Assembly: GCA_965248435.1 (NCBI GenBank)
Contig: OZ252100.1
Coordinates: forward strand, 3,584,001-3,648,000
Direction of reading: 5' to 3'
DNA: 64,000 bases
Source of the DNA: Candidatus Latescibacterota bacterium
GTDB taxonomy: Bacteria; Latescibacterota; UBA2968; GCA-2709665
The translations under genes were made by a program, and so were the position numbers. Below are positions 41,601 through 52,000 of the stretch, piece after piece. Under the pieces are notes generated by a model. It did not search any database, had not been told where the DNA came from, and saw only the letters and a list, made by a program, of their open reading frames with translations. The stretch's first letter is position 1, and the number at the start of each line of letters is the position of its first letter.

Positions 41601-41739
41601 CGACGAGTACAACCTGGTCTACGGTGCCTCACAGGTCAACAACGTCCACAACACCTACAGATACTTCGACCTCGTGGACAATGCCCTTGCCCTCGGCGAG
41701 CCGCGACTTCTCGTTCTCGGCGCCCGGTTGAGGTTCTAA
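38638..41739 (+). CDS. TonB-dependent receptor with N-terminal carboxypeptidase-regulatory-like domain
   Basis: Signal peptide, G.V.G.I.D..G.PLPGAN, plug region (PGV..IRG..IDG, TGG.DAEYG), YVQDKME, SPRIG.SHP, IKNLFD, and terminal PR....GARLRF. Confidence 0.92.
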   Translation: MKSFNIIVSIILVGALFAFVPTDVLASTYGKVTGSIQDENGNPLPGANIVIEGTQRGATSDADGSFLVIGVPPGEHQVTASMVGYGTSALQKVLVQSDFTTTISFSLTEAALEAAEMVVTAQRPPVEVDRTSSRYVIDIFEIENVPLARSAEDLIELEPGVSLDGALRIRGRSNDSQTAEIDGVRLIWTDGETSMGGRGSVMLTGGINKSALQEVSILTGGMDAEYGHSSSRVSFVTQDGGSAFSGMGEYRLTPPGKKHWGRDVYESGLMKKKLTDVTGSASFPSGLSPTDYTGEIGHYFEGSAGGPISDQAGFFGSVAHSREATIFPEASLTEPFNIKGSGNVTFRPTGDLKVKVGGMYSKDKIWRGERRAMTTSGGIWGAYAPNNVLNLFLPADYSAMGQQEEKNALYYAVATHSLNPKTFWEFRAAYSTRLIENTETKVSSTSRPIDEYGFTLPYDYNNSDDTDRTRWIFKGDITSQMHKNHLVKAGFEHVRYSVLESRLDFNVASPNVAMVLVGFDDPAIGMKPGKPNQYAAYVQDKMEFEGLVINAGVRIDAFQAGDVFEPGAANWMHYQTITRHRNVPLIDHGTMWSVSPRIGISHPISERATVRFFTGRFRQLPSFHGFWYHAWVGSDPISLDLNNDGSISQQTELYNRMTLKHNGFGPSPGIREGREQTMEVGADWNFAGDYVGSLTMFYADKNGTGSTYYMPPEKLNPVGFRGENMKAQSNNPGFDSRRGFELSFKKMFSQMTSFSVAWNVQWVAQFSSFKFSYMHPGANYVNSDRWFLGVDINSDGSETPHVPSAAERAEYAAIAQADLNNSLALVGAAAEENGFWLPVVEDGVEGNYIDQRQGVRISSFLEGTDRRNYGSAQFLFSAPTDFHITALQGFRATLLYRIQQGTSFPYTPIGSPPKQVSGPPSTVTDVNFERDFSFGQGGTITGFLEIKNLFDQRDNVIFGGSGFEFSYMAYGLQTRPPDDPDFLAYGNIDEYNLVYGASQVNNVHNTYRYFDLVDNALALGEPRLLVLGARLRF

Positions 41740-41828
41740 TCGAATGCGGATTGTGGATCGGGGATTGCGGATCGGAAATGCCATCCAATATCCCCGATTC
41801 CAGATCTTAACAGAAGGAGTGCTTTACG

Positions 41829-44294
41829 ATGAAATGCATTTCTTTTAAGTCACTGTCCGGTCTGTTCTTGGCTGGCGTGTTCCTCGCCGGTACGGTGGCC
41901 GCCGAGGCGCAGTTTACAGGCGTCACCGACGTCACCATGTGGGGTTCGAGGCGCGGCTTTTTCCGGGGGATACCCGGGGACAGCTTCGCCCCCAACGGCC
42001 AGTCCGGCTCCACCTGGGACACCAAGAAGGGCCGGGGCGCGGGCCAGTGGTCCTACCCGTTCAATTATGCGACCCTGTGCTGTTTCACGCCCAAATATGA
42101 TGACGCCGATCTGTGGGGAGCTATGGCAGAATACTCGGCGGGGCAGATGCAGGACAACGCGGCCGGAAAGGGCGTCATTGTCCTGCAGAACACGAACGGA
42201 GAGAAGTTCGTCTCCTGGACGGGTCCGAACGTTCCCAGTTCGGACACCCTGCCGCTGATTTACGACATCGAAAACAGTCGGTACAGCTACGATGCTGCAG
42301 TCAACGCCGCGCTCGGGCCCGCGGAGCAGTTCCAGTTCGGGTCCGGCAGTTCGATCGGCGCCCCGTATCTGGGCCGCGAAACGGTGACGCCCAGCTACGT
42401 CGGGGACTCCAATCTCGGTCCTGGGGGAGTCGGGGAGAACACGACCAACTGGTACCCAGGCGCACTGTCCAAGCTGGACGCTGGCGTCGCGGCGCACCAG
42501 ACGGACTGCTACGAGATCAACAACTACGACTGGTCAATCTACGCCCCGGTGCAGAACGAGGCTGAAAAGCTCTCGGTTTGCCAGTGGACGCACAAGAACG
42601 ACCTGGTCGTCACGCGGATCAACCGTGGCTGGAGCCACCAGGACCTCGACGACGGAATCCTCTGGGATATCGAGATCGAGAACCAGGGCAGCGCGACGAT
42701 GAACGGCGTCCACATCGGGTTCATGAACACCCTCTACACGAGCGTGTTCGGGTGCAAGTGGTGGAACGCCAACGTCGGGGCGATTATGCAGTACCGCGAC
42801 CCGGGGTGCTACGACGACTGGTTCAAGTTCACCGAGGCGCCGAACTACGTGGCCGCCGGTGGCGACGCGGACCTGGTCGGGAAGATCATCCACTACGTCT
42901 ACGACGGGGACGACAAGACGGTGTTGTTCCACGACGACACGGGAGACCCGAACGACAATTCGATTCGCTCCCCCTATATGTTTCGTGGCTTCAACATGGG
43001 GAACATCCCGGACGGCGTGCTCCAGTCGCCGGCCTTCGTGGGCACGGGGTGGCTCGCGTTCCAGAACACCGGTGCCAGCCATACCTTCAACGAGTACGAC
43101 AAGGCGCAGGGCTACAACGATCCGGTCGGATTCAGCGGGGCGCTAGGGAAGTACTGGCCGGTAATCAAGCGGGGCGTCGCCGATGAGCCGTTCGAGGCCA
43201 AGGGCTGGACGGCCGCGCAGCAGTATGACGGCTTGTTGGGGGCGACGAACGATGACCCGACCACGGACATCCAGGAGCAGTTCCAGAGCACATTGATCGG
43301 TCCCTACAACCTGGACCCGGGAGACAAGGCCAAGGTCGTGTTCTTCATGTTCGGCGCGCACGGAGGGATGTTCGAGTTCGGTCCGGAGGGCTCCGGTTAC
43401 TCCAAGGATGTCATGCGCTGGGCGTTCGATAACGCCGGCACGTTCGGGACTGATGTCGCCCTTCGAAAGCAGAAGTTTATCGGCGACGGTCACAAAGGGG
43501 TCGGGATGGTATATGACCACTTCGCGTTCGCCTACGCGAACGACTATCAGATCCCGAACACCCCACCCGACATCGAAAGGAGTTTCTCGTTCAGCCCGGA
43601 AGCGCAGAACGTGATCTCCTGGCCGTCGGCCGAAGACGTGAACCCCGACTACGGCGGCACGTCGGACATCACGGCATACCGGATCTATACCTCCGACTTT
43701 GACGATTCGGGGGGATGGCGCCCGGTTGGCGAGGTCCCGGCGACCGGCGCGAGCTCCTACACCTTCATCGATCCAGAGTCGGTGGCCGGGTTCGGCTATT
43801 TGTACACGGTGCGCGCCGTGGCCTCCGCCAAGACAACCTGGAGCGAGGGGAACGCGACACTCGCGGACCTGCCAGCCCGGATGGCCTCGCACGTGACCGG
43901 CGGCATGATGGGCGGATTTGCGGCGGTCGAGCAGACGCTCTGGCAGCCAAAATACCCGAAAGCAGCCCCGGCTACGGCGTTCGAGAACCTGGATGAAGTC
44001 CCGCGGGTGGTGCCCAACCCGTTCAGCCTGTCGCGGGACAAAACGGAATCGAACTACCAGAGCGGGCTGAATATCCGGTTTACCGGGGTCCCAGCCAAGT
44101 CCACGATCCGGATCTACTCGGTCTCGGGCGATCTGATGAGAGTGATCCAGCACGATGACCCGAACGCGGGCGAGGCGGTCTGGACTCAGAACGACAGGTT
44201 CTCCAGCGCCACGGTCGGGACGGGTGTCTACTATTTCGTCGTTGAAAACGCAAGCGGCAAGACTCAGAAGGGGACCTTCGTCGTCCTGAGATGA
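41829..44294 (+). CDS. secreted protein with C-terminal T9SS type A/FlgD-like Ig domain
   Basis: Signal peptide ending AEA; Fn3-like segment (ISW..YRIY..YTFID..YTVRAV); CTD VVPNPF..IRIYSVSGDL..W..GVYYFVV..GTFVVLR. Confidence 0.75.
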   Translation: MKCISFKSLSGLFLAGVFLAGTVAAEAQFTGVTDVTMWGSRRGFFRGIPGDSFAPNGQSGSTWDTKKGRGAGQWSYPFNYATLCCFTPKYDDADLWGAMAEYSAGQMQDNAAGKGVIVLQNTNGEKFVSWTGPNVPSSDTLPLIYDIENSRYSYDAAVNAALGPAEQFQFGSGSSIGAPYLGRETVTPSYVGDSNLGPGGVGENTTNWYPGALSKLDAGVAAHQTDCYEINNYDWSIYAPVQNEAEKLSVCQWTHKNDLVVTRINRGWSHQDLDDGILWDIEIENQGSATMNGVHIGFMNTLYTSVFGCKWWNANVGAIMQYRDPGCYDDWFKFTEAPNYVAAGGDADLVGKIIHYVYDGDDKTVLFHDDTGDPNDNSIRSPYMFRGFNMGNIPDGVLQSPAFVGTGWLAFQNTGASHTFNEYDKAQGYNDPVGFSGALGKYWPVIKRGVADEPFEAKGWTAAQQYDGLLGATNDDPTTDIQEQFQSTLIGPYNLDPGDKAKVVFFMFGAHGGMFEFGPEGSGYSKDVMRWAFDNAGTFGTDVALRKQKFIGDGHKGVGMVYDHFAFAYANDYQIPNTPPDIERSFSFSPEAQNVISWPSAEDVNPDYGGTSDITAYRIYTSDFDDSGGWRPVGEVPATGASSYTFIDPESVAGFGYLYTVRAVASAKTTWSEGNATLADLPARMASHVTGGMMGGFAAVEQTLWQPKYPKAAPATAFENLDEVPRVVPNPFSLSRDKTESNYQSGLNIRFTGVPAKSTIRIYSVSGDLMRVIQHDDPNAGEAVWTQNDRFSSATVGTGVYYFVVENASGKTQKGTFVVLR

Positions 44295-44337
44295 GCAGTA
44301 GCTGCTCGTTCCACGCCTTTCAAAAAGGATATCGACC

Positions 44338-45336
44338 ATGAAACGGATTGTATGTGGTATGTGGTGCGTCGCGCTGTTCGTCGTCTTCGCCGCATACCCT
44401 GTCTCCGCGCAGCAGCGCGGGCAAGTCGAAGCGGATATTCAAGAGTATGATGCCAGCGATACGGCCTTCAACAAGACCACGCCCTCCACGTTCTCGTTCC
44501 TCAAGGTGGAGCAAAGCGCCCGGGTCGCGGGCATGGGAGACGCCTACACGGCGGTCGCTGACGGGATCGAAGGGATTTACTTCAACCCGGCCTCGATCGC
44601 AAGCATCGACCGTGTCGGGTTTACCTTCGGCTACTCCAAGTGGATCGTGGATTCCGAGTTCTACTCGGGCGCCCTCGCGATCAACCTGGGCGCCGGCCTG
44701 GTCGGGGGGATCTCCTTCATCAGCTACAAGCTTGCGGATGTCGAGGAGACCACGACGCTGAAGCCGCTGGGCACCGGGCGGATGCTGGACCTGGGCGACC
44801 TGGCGGTCGGGTTTCATGTCGCAAGAAAGATGACCGACAAGCTGCAGGTAGGCGGTATGTTCCGCTATGTCCAATCCAAGCTCGACCACGCGGAACTCAA
44901 CGGCATCTCGGTGAGCTTTGGCACGCTCCTGCACACCGGGTTCCGGAGCCTGCGGATCGGGATGTCCATGAAGAACATGGGCAACCAGCAGACCGTGGTT
45001 TCCGAAAGGGCGGCGGTTCCGATCCTGTTCAACATCGGCAGCTCCATGGAAGTCGTCGGTGAGCTGGGCGACCCGCTCTCGGTGACGGCCTCTTTCGAGG
45101 GCGCCTACTTCACCGACACGAAGCAGCGTTACAACGTGGGCGCGGAGCTCTGGCTGAACAGCATGATCGCGGTCCGTGCCGGCAAGAAGTTCGAGTACGA
45201 TTCGGAAGACTGGTCTGTCGGCGGCGGTTTGAAGGGTAACTTCGACGGACGCAATGTCGCGCTGGACGTGGCCTATTCCGAAATGGGGTCGGATTTCGAC
45301 AAGCCGATCCGGGTGACGTTCTCCGGTTCGTTCTAG
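44338..45336 (+). CDS. PorV/PorQ family outer membrane barrel
   Basis: FLK...SARVAGMGDAYTAVADG...IYFNPA signature; terminal Phe. Confidence 0.85.
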   Translation: MKRIVCGMWCVALFVVFAAYPVSAQQRGQVEADIQEYDASDTAFNKTTPSTFSFLKVEQSARVAGMGDAYTAVADGIEGIYFNPASIASIDRVGFTFGYSKWIVDSEFYSGALAINLGAGLVGGISFISYKLADVEETTTLKPLGTGRMLDLGDLAVGFHVARKMTDKLQVGGMFRYVQSKLDHAELNGISVSFGTLLHTGFRSLRIGMSMKNMGNQQTVVSERAAVPILFNIGSSMEVVGELGDPLSVTASFEGAYFTDTKQRYNVGAELWLNSMIAVRAGKKFEYDSEDWSVGGGLKGNFDGRNVALDVAYSEMGSDFDKPIRVTFSGSF

Positions 45337-45363
45337 TCCAGCCCACCGCTGTAAGATGTTGGC

Positions 45364-45402
45364 AACCGCCCGGAACCTTAGGTTTCGGGCGGTTATTTTT
45401 TT
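45364..45402 (+). terminator. intrinsic terminator
   Basis: AACCGCCCGGAACC-TTA-GGTTTCGGGCGGTT followed by T7. Confidence 0.88.
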
Positions 45403-45414
45403 ATCTTGGAGAAC

Positions 45415-45579
45415 AAATCCCCCCTGCCCCCTCCCTCGGCAAGCTCGGGACATGCTTTTCCAAAGGGGGAGGATTAACCTTGCTGAAAGAGTACCCATTC
45501 AGGAATAGAATCTTCCCCCTTTAACAAAGGCCTGTCCCGAAACGAGCCTGCGAGTCGAGGGAGGGACTGAGGGGGATTT
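45415..45579. repeat. MITE-like palindromic element, IS-free copy
   Basis: AAATCCCCCCTGCCCCC...GAGGGGGATTT with internal CCCCCTTT-n-AAAGG hairpins; homologous to the ISL3 and IS481 flanks. Confidence 0.8.
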
Positions 45580-45625
45580 CAAAATGCATCGCTTTTAGAA
45601 CTGTTCACCCTGGAAAGTCCCCAGA

Positions 45626-47689
45626 TTGGCAACACCCGTACAGAAAACCGCCCCCAGTCAGACACCTGAACCCGACACGGAGCCGACCGCGCGCCGGGGG
45701 TTGACGGCGCGATCCGTCATGCTCGGTCTGGTTGGGGTCGTCGCGATGAACGTGATCGCCGTCTACGTGCCCTACGACTACCAGGGCTCGTTGATGACCT
45801 ACACGCACGTCCCGATGGCGATGCTCATCGTGTTCGTGCTGATGGTCATCTGCGGCGCGGCCTTCTCGCGCTGGACGGGAATCGTGCTTTCCACGACGGA
45901 GTGGCACACGATCCTGGCCATGGGCATCGTCGCGGCCGCGGTCCCCGGCTACGGGCTGACGACCTACCTGCTCGCCCTGATGGCCGCGCCCCACTACTAT
46001 CCTGCAGTCTACCGCTCGTCGACGGCGCCGTGGGAAACCTTCCTGTATCCCTACACCAAAGATTGGCTGTTCCCCAGCAATGAAGGGAACGCGGTCTCGT
46101 GGTTCCACGAGGGCCTGCCTCCCGGCGCGGAAATCCCGTGGGATGTCTGGGTGGTCCCGCTCTTCTCGTGGGGCACGATGATCGCGGCCTTCTTCCTGAC
46201 CCTGGCCTGCGTGGCGGCCATCCTTCGGAAGCAGTGGCTGAGGAACGAGCGCCTCGTGTTCCCCGCCACGGTGCCGCTTGTGGATATGGCCGCGCACCCC
46301 GGGTCCGGGAGGCGCGCCCTTCCGGAATTCACGAAGCACTTCCTCTTCCGGGTTGGATTCTGCATCTCCTTCGGGATGATCGCCTGGAACTGTATCAGCT
46401 ACTTCATCCTCAACTTCCCACGGTTTCCGATCGGCGAGGGGGATTTCAAGCAGTTCAGCGAGGAGTTCCCCAATGTGATGGTGTCGCTCGACCTCTACAC
46501 GCTCTTCTTCTCCTATTTCGCCAGCCTGGACGTCCTGTTCAGCCTCTGGTTCTTCGACCTGGTGTATATCCTGGAAGCCGGGGGTCTTCACGCGTTGGGG
46601 GTCGACACGAGGCCGGTGAGCGGGGCTGCCCGGGGCGTCATCATTTCACAGACGATGGGGGCCTATGCCGTGTTCGCGCTTTCGGTTTTCTGGGTCGCGC
46701 GCGGTCACATCAGAGACGTTTTCCGAAAGGCGCTGAACCGCGATGCGCCTGTGGACGACCAGGACCAGCTTCTTTCCTACCGAACGGTGGTGATCGGTCT
46801 GATCGTCGGCCTGGTCTTCATGTTCCTGTGGCTGACGCGTATCGGCTACGAGGCAGTTTTCGCCGCCCTGGTCCTGCCGATCGTCATCCTGGTTTACGTG
46901 GGCATGGCCAGGATGGTCGCCGACTCAGGCATGCCCTTTCTGAGCATCCCCCGCGGCGTTTCGGGGTTCGGATACGTAGGGAGGATTGTCGGCCGGGATG
47001 CGACGAGTGCGAGCACACTCGTGGCGCACCACTGCGAAGACATCCTGTTCCACCATTTCAGGGGGCTCTTTCTGCCGGCCCTTGCACACGCGGGTCGGAT
47101 CGCGGAGGGGGTGCGGGGAAATCGCCGACATCTGATGGCCGCGGTTGTCCTCGCCTTTTTCGTCAGCCTGTTTCTCTCTGTCACGTTGACACTCGATCTG
47201 GCCTACCGCAAGGGGGCCCACGCCTTCAACAGCTGGATGATCGGAGACTGGGCGTCTCGGCACCTCAGAAACGCGGCGCAGAGCGTCAGCTACAAGTTCA
47301 AGAATCCGTCTCCACCCATCCATATTCGAAGCCCCGACCATCTCGCCTTTCTCACGATCGGTGGGGCGGCCATGGCCGGGTTGACCTATCTACGGCACAC
47401 CTTCTTCTGGTGGCCGCTCCATCCGCTGGGGCTCGCGCTTGTGGGGGCCGAGCTGGTCCGCCGGACGAGCACGACCCTTTTCCTGGCCTGGCTGATCAAA
47501 CTGCTCATGCTGCGCGTGGGCGGACAGGCGGTCTATCAGAAGTCGTTTCCGCTCTTCCTCGGACTGCTCGTCGGCTATGTCCTAGGTGTGGCGTTCTCCG
47601 GGTTGATCGATGCCATCTGGTTCCCCTATCAAGCGCATCCCGTTCACACGTTGGGATGGTACGACGGCCCGGCTGTGTTTCACTACTAA
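45626..47689 (+). CDS. DUF6785/DUF6784-like membrane protein, copy 4 (divergent)
   Basis: GLTARS, IPWDVWVVP, KQW...ERLVFP, WWPLHPLG, K..MLRVGG. Confidence 0.75.
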   Translation: MATPVQKTAPSQTPEPDTEPTARRGLTARSVMLGLVGVVAMNVIAVYVPYDYQGSLMTYTHVPMAMLIVFVLMVICGAAFSRWTGIVLSTTEWHTILAMGIVAAAVPGYGLTTYLLALMAAPHYYPAVYRSSTAPWETFLYPYTKDWLFPSNEGNAVSWFHEGLPPGAEIPWDVWVVPLFSWGTMIAAFFLTLACVAAILRKQWLRNERLVFPATVPLVDMAAHPGSGRRALPEFTKHFLFRVGFCISFGMIAWNCISYFILNFPRFPIGEGDFKQFSEEFPNVMVSLDLYTLFFSYFASLDVLFSLWFFDLVYILEAGGLHALGVDTRPVSGAARGVIISQTMGAYAVFALSVFWVARGHIRDVFRKALNRDAPVDDQDQLLSYRTVVIGLIVGLVFMFLWLTRIGYEAVFAALVLPIVILVYVGMARMVADSGMPFLSIPRGVSGFGYVGRIVGRDATSASTLVAHHCEDILFHHFRGLFLPALAHAGRIAEGVRGNRRHLMAAVVLAFFVSLFLSVTLTLDLAYRKGAHAFNSWMIGDWASRHLRNAAQSVSYKFKNPSPPIHIRSPDHLAFLTIGGAAMAGLTYLRHTFFWWPLHPLGLALVGAELVRRTSTTLFLAWLIKLLMLRVGGQAVYQKSFPLFLGLLVGYVLGVAFSGLIDAIWFPYQAHPVHTLGWYDGPAVFHY

Positions 47690-47796
47690 AGGATCGGGTA
47701 CCGGGAATGCAAAACACGGGTACCGTAGCATGTTGTATCGCACCGTGGCAGACGATTGATATGTATCTCGACAGAAGACGGAGCAATAATCAATAT

Positions 47797-48851
47797 GCTG
47801 GATTCAATGACTAAGTGCAACACTTGGACTTGAAGACTTCAGCTGGTGTTTTGAAGTTAAGACATTTTCTTGGTCGGTTGTTGATCCGGTTCTGAATTTT
47901 CTTTAACTCGTGTTTGCTGACCTTTGAGAAGTCTGTCTTCTTGGGGAGGTATCTGCGGACCAGACCGATAGCGTTTTCCACAGCGCCTCGCTCCCAGCTG
48001 TGGAACGGTTTGCAGAAATAGGATTTGGTGCCAAGCACCTCGTTGACCCGTTGATGTTGGCCGTTTTCGGATCCGTTGTCATATGTGATGCTCTTCCTCA
48101 TGTGGGGAGGATGTCGCCCAAGGCGTCGATTAATCGCTTCGGCGACCTCCGAGGGTCCGTTCTTTGCCAGCTTAGCCAGGTGTAGGTATCTCGACGATCG
48201 CTCAAGACAAGCGCCAACGGCCTGTTTGCTCTCACGAGAGATGATGGTGTCGGATTCCCAGTGGCCAGGTTGTTTCCGTTTTTCGATGTAACGGGGACGT
48301 CGATCGATCGAAATACGGCCTGGAATGTGGCTTTCCCGGTGTTTTCGGGTATGCCACCGCGGCTTTCGTTTTTTGTGAGCTCGGGATAAGCAAGCAACCA
48401 GATCCCGCTGCTTGTGCACCTTTGGATCGTAGATATACTGGTAGATGGCTTCGTGGCTGATACCCGCGCTCGGACGCTCCTCGGGAAGCCTCCCAGCGAT
48501 CAACTCGGGAGACCATCCTTGCTTGAGTTTGGTCTCGACATATCGCCGGATAACCGGATTCTTCAGCCGTTTCCGCTTGCCGGCCTCCCGCTTACGTTTC
48601 TCAGCCCTTCTGTGAGCCTGGAGGCCCGAGTAACTCTCAGCTATCGGGGACGGATTACGTTTCAACTCTCTTGAAATCGTGCTGGCGCTCCGGTCAAGGG
48701 CCTTGGCAATATCTCTAAGGCTTGCACCAGTGGCTCGACAAAGCGCAATCTGCTCGCGTTCGTCTATCGTAAGATGCTTGTAATTGTTTCCCATACACTT
48801 AGGATAGGACAGTTGCTACCCTAAGTGTTGCACTTCCTTATTGAACTCAGG
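47797..48851 (-). mobile_element. IS30-family insertion sequence (~1055 bp)
   Basis: Imperfect ~28-bp IRs (CTGGATTCAATGACTAAGTGCAACACTT / CTGAGTTCAATAAGGAAGTGCAACACTT); probable 3-bp TSD TAT. Confidence 0.85.
47811..48794 (-). CDS. IS30 family transposase
   Basis: HTH STISRELKRN, WSPE.IA, GHWESD, TYDNGSE, SWERG..EN, NNRPRK.L. Confidence 0.95.
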   Translation of the reverse strand: MGNNYKHLTIDEREQIALCRATGASLRDIAKALDRSASTISRELKRNPSPIAESYSGLQAHRRAEKRKREAGKRKRLKNPVIRRYVETKLKQGWSPELIAGRLPEERPSAGISHEAIYQYIYDPKVHKQRDLVACLSRAHKKRKPRWHTRKHRESHIPGRISIDRRPRYIEKRKQPGHWESDTIISRESKQAVGACLERSSRYLHLAKLAKNGPSEVAEAINRRLGRHPPHMRKSITYDNGSENGQHQRVNEVLGTKSYFCKPFHSWERGAVENAIGLVRRYLPKKTDFSKVSKHELKKIQNRINNRPRKCLNFKTPAEVFKSKCCT

Positions 48852-49063
48852 TATCCAACACGCAATATCCAATAATCAAGGGCGATAATGAAGCGTGGGT
48901 CAATTTTGGATTTCGGATTTGGGATTGCGGATTGAAGAGGCTGGATCACGAAAGGACACGAAGAAACACGAAGTTTCAACCACCCAATGATCTCCTGAAG
49001 AGCTTGGCTACAGTCCACGAATGACGATCGGCAGTTGTACTTGGAGGGGACTTAGGGTAACCG

Positions 49064-52000
49064 ATGGCTGATTTTCTGCAGTTGCTTCGCCGTATCGCTT
49101 TGATCCTCCTGATCGGGCTCGGCGCTGTCGCCTTCCTCTTTTTCGGGATCGGACCTGAACGCACCTCCCCGTGGCTGACCGACCTCCTCGGTCTGGAGCC
49201 GCCCCCACCCCTTCCACCTGCGCCCGTTCACGAGGCCGGGGACGTTTCGGGACGCGTGATCGATGCCGTGTCCGAGGCCGATGTTCGTCGTCTGATGGCC
49301 CGCTTCACGAGCCATGGGTCCCGCGTTCCGGGCTACTCCGGTCACGACGACGCGGCGCGGTTCATCCTGCAGGAGTTCGAACGCCTCGGCCTCGAAGGGG
49401 TGAAGACCGAAGCATTCGACGTGACCTCCCCCGTGGACAAGGGGGGGCGCCTTACCCTCACCAAGAGCGGTGCCTCCTTTTCCCTGCACTCAATCTGGCC
49501 CAACCTGGTGAAGACCTCCACGCTCCCCCCGGGAGGTGTGCGGGCTCGCTTGATTTACGGAGGTGACGGCACGTGGGAGACCTTTAACGGGCACGATATG
49601 GACGGTGCTGCTGTTCTGATGGAGTTCAACTCCTGGAACCGATGGCTCAACGCCGCTTCGCTGGGCGCAGGACAGATCATCTTTATCGAGCCAGACTCCA
49701 CGACGCGCGCGGAGGGCGAACAGAAGTACCTGATCTCGCCCAACGGGACCGAACGGTTCTGGATCGACAAATCCTCAGGACGTGAACTGCGGCGATTGCT
49801 GGAGAAAGAGGGGGAGGTGGAGGTGGAGCTTCACGCGCGCATGGACTGGGAGAAGACGGTTGCCCACAACATTCTGGGGACCGTTCCCGGGACCGATCCG
49901 GAGCTCAAGGACCAGATCATCGTGATCAACGCCTACTACGATGCGATGTCGGTCGTGCCGGCCCTGGCGCCGGGCGCAGAAATGGCCTGTGGAATCGTGG
50001 CGCTGCTCGAGCTCGCGGACTATCTCCAGCGACACCCGCCCGCGCGGACCGTGCTGCTTCTGGCCAGCTCGGCCCACCACTTCAGTTCACGCGGGATCTC
50101 CGATTTTCTGAGTCGTCACGCCCGCAAGCAGGAGGACTTCGCCGCGTTGATGACCGACCCGATCGACATCCGCCTGTTTATCGCGCTGGATCTCTCCAGC
50201 CGGACTGCCGAGATCGGCCTCTGGAACAGCGCGCCGAGTCACTACTATAAACAGTTCTTCACGCCGATCGGAAAGTCGCTCGTTCGATTCACCAGGGCGA
50301 TCGCTGAGGACTTCGGCCTCGATCCCCAGCGCGCGCTGATCGACGGCGTCAATCCACCCCCCGGGATGACGTGGAAAATCTTCAACCCCGGGAAACTCGT
50401 GAAGACTGAAGGCCTGATCGTGATGGCGGCCGGCACGCCGGCCCTTTCGCTTGTCACGTTGAACGATGCCCGCCTCGGCGTCGACACCCCCCTGGACAGA
50501 CCGGAGATCGTGGACTACGCGAACCTGACCGGACAGATCCGCCTGCTGACCGGCGTGATCGACCTGGCGCTCAACGACCCGGGTTTAATCACGGACTACG
50601 AACTGCGCCCGGAGGACCGCGTTCAGTGGCTGAAGGGGTATGCGAAGACCTTCCCTAGGCGCAGCATCGTCCCGGACCGCCCCAAGCCTGGAGCGATTGC
50701 GGCGGTGCGCCTTGGCAGGAGCGAGAATTATTCGTCGTCCAAATCGGCCAAAGGAGTTAGAGAGACCCGCTATGACATAGCCGACGAGAGGGGGGCGTTT
50801 ATCATCCCCGGCATTATCGAAAAGAAAGCGACCGCCTCAGTCTATGTTTTGGACTCCGATACGGGGGAGATCACTCACGCGCCCAACCGCGGCGTGCAGG
50901 CCGACATCTACAAGCCAGAGGTCGATATGGACTGGTGGATGACGGAGCAAATCAGTGTCCTGTTCCCCTGCGTCGCCACCGATTTTTACGACATCGTGGA
51001 TCCCCGCTATCTGAACAAGTTGTCGGAGGTCAGTGTATACGGGGAGGACAACGCGGCCCCACAGGAGTACGGTTACGATATCGGTTTGGGCGCGACCGGG
51101 GAACTGCGCCACCCTGAGTCGATGGCGGTCGGGACCCTCTTCACGCGTCCCGGGGAGAAGGTAAAGATCACGATGCGCTCCTGGGCGATCGGTCTTCGCC
51201 TCGTGCTGCTTAACGCGATGGGCGTGGAGACGGAGGAAGCCGCCCGCGGCGGAGGGTTTGTCACCCACGCTTCGGGCACCGTCCCTCGCACCGCCTACCA
51301 GGCGGCGAAGGATATGTGGATGCTGAACGAAAGCCGGATACGTGAACTGAAACGATTCGCGATCGAGAATCACAGACTGAACGTCCTCCACGCCCAGTCG
51401 GCAGACCACCTCGAGCAGGCCGAGTCTGCACTGGCACAAAAGCGCTGGGACCTGTTCATGAAGCACAGCCGGGCCGCCCTGGGTTTCGAGTCGCGGGCCT
51501 ATCCTGACGTGAAGGCCACCCAGAACGGTGTGATCCGGGGGATTATTTTCTTCATGGCCCTGGTGATCCCGTGCGCCTTCTTTGCCGAACGGCTCATCAT
51601 TACGGCCTCCGACATTCGGTGGCAGCTCACTGCCTTCGCCGGCATCTTCGGCGTGATCTGGGTCTTTCTCTACTTCGTACACCCGGCGTTCGAGCTCTCC
51701 AATCCGTTCGTCGTCCTGCTCGCCTTCATCATCCTTGCGCTTGCCGCCTTCGTCATTTCGCTGATCTTTTCCCGGTTCAACGAGAACATGAGGCGGCTGC
51801 GAACTTCAGACGTCCTGCTGCACGAAACCGACGTCGGCCGGGTGAGCGCCTCCCTGGCCGCCTTTCAGCTGGGCATCGCCAACATGAAGCGCCGTCGACT
51901 GCGAACCTGGCTGACTTTCCTCACGCTCCTGCTGCTCACCTTTACCGTCCTTTCGTTCACCTCGATCAAATCGTCGCTGCAGTTCCACAAGCTCCAGCGG

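Noticed and set aside
47780-48862. dif/Xer-like site (ATAA-N6-TTAT) formed by joining the IS30 flanks
   Set aside because: It appears only if both TAT copies are kept. With one TSD copy removed the site is an AATAATCAATATCC low-complexity repeat, and the arms do not match XerC/D consensus.
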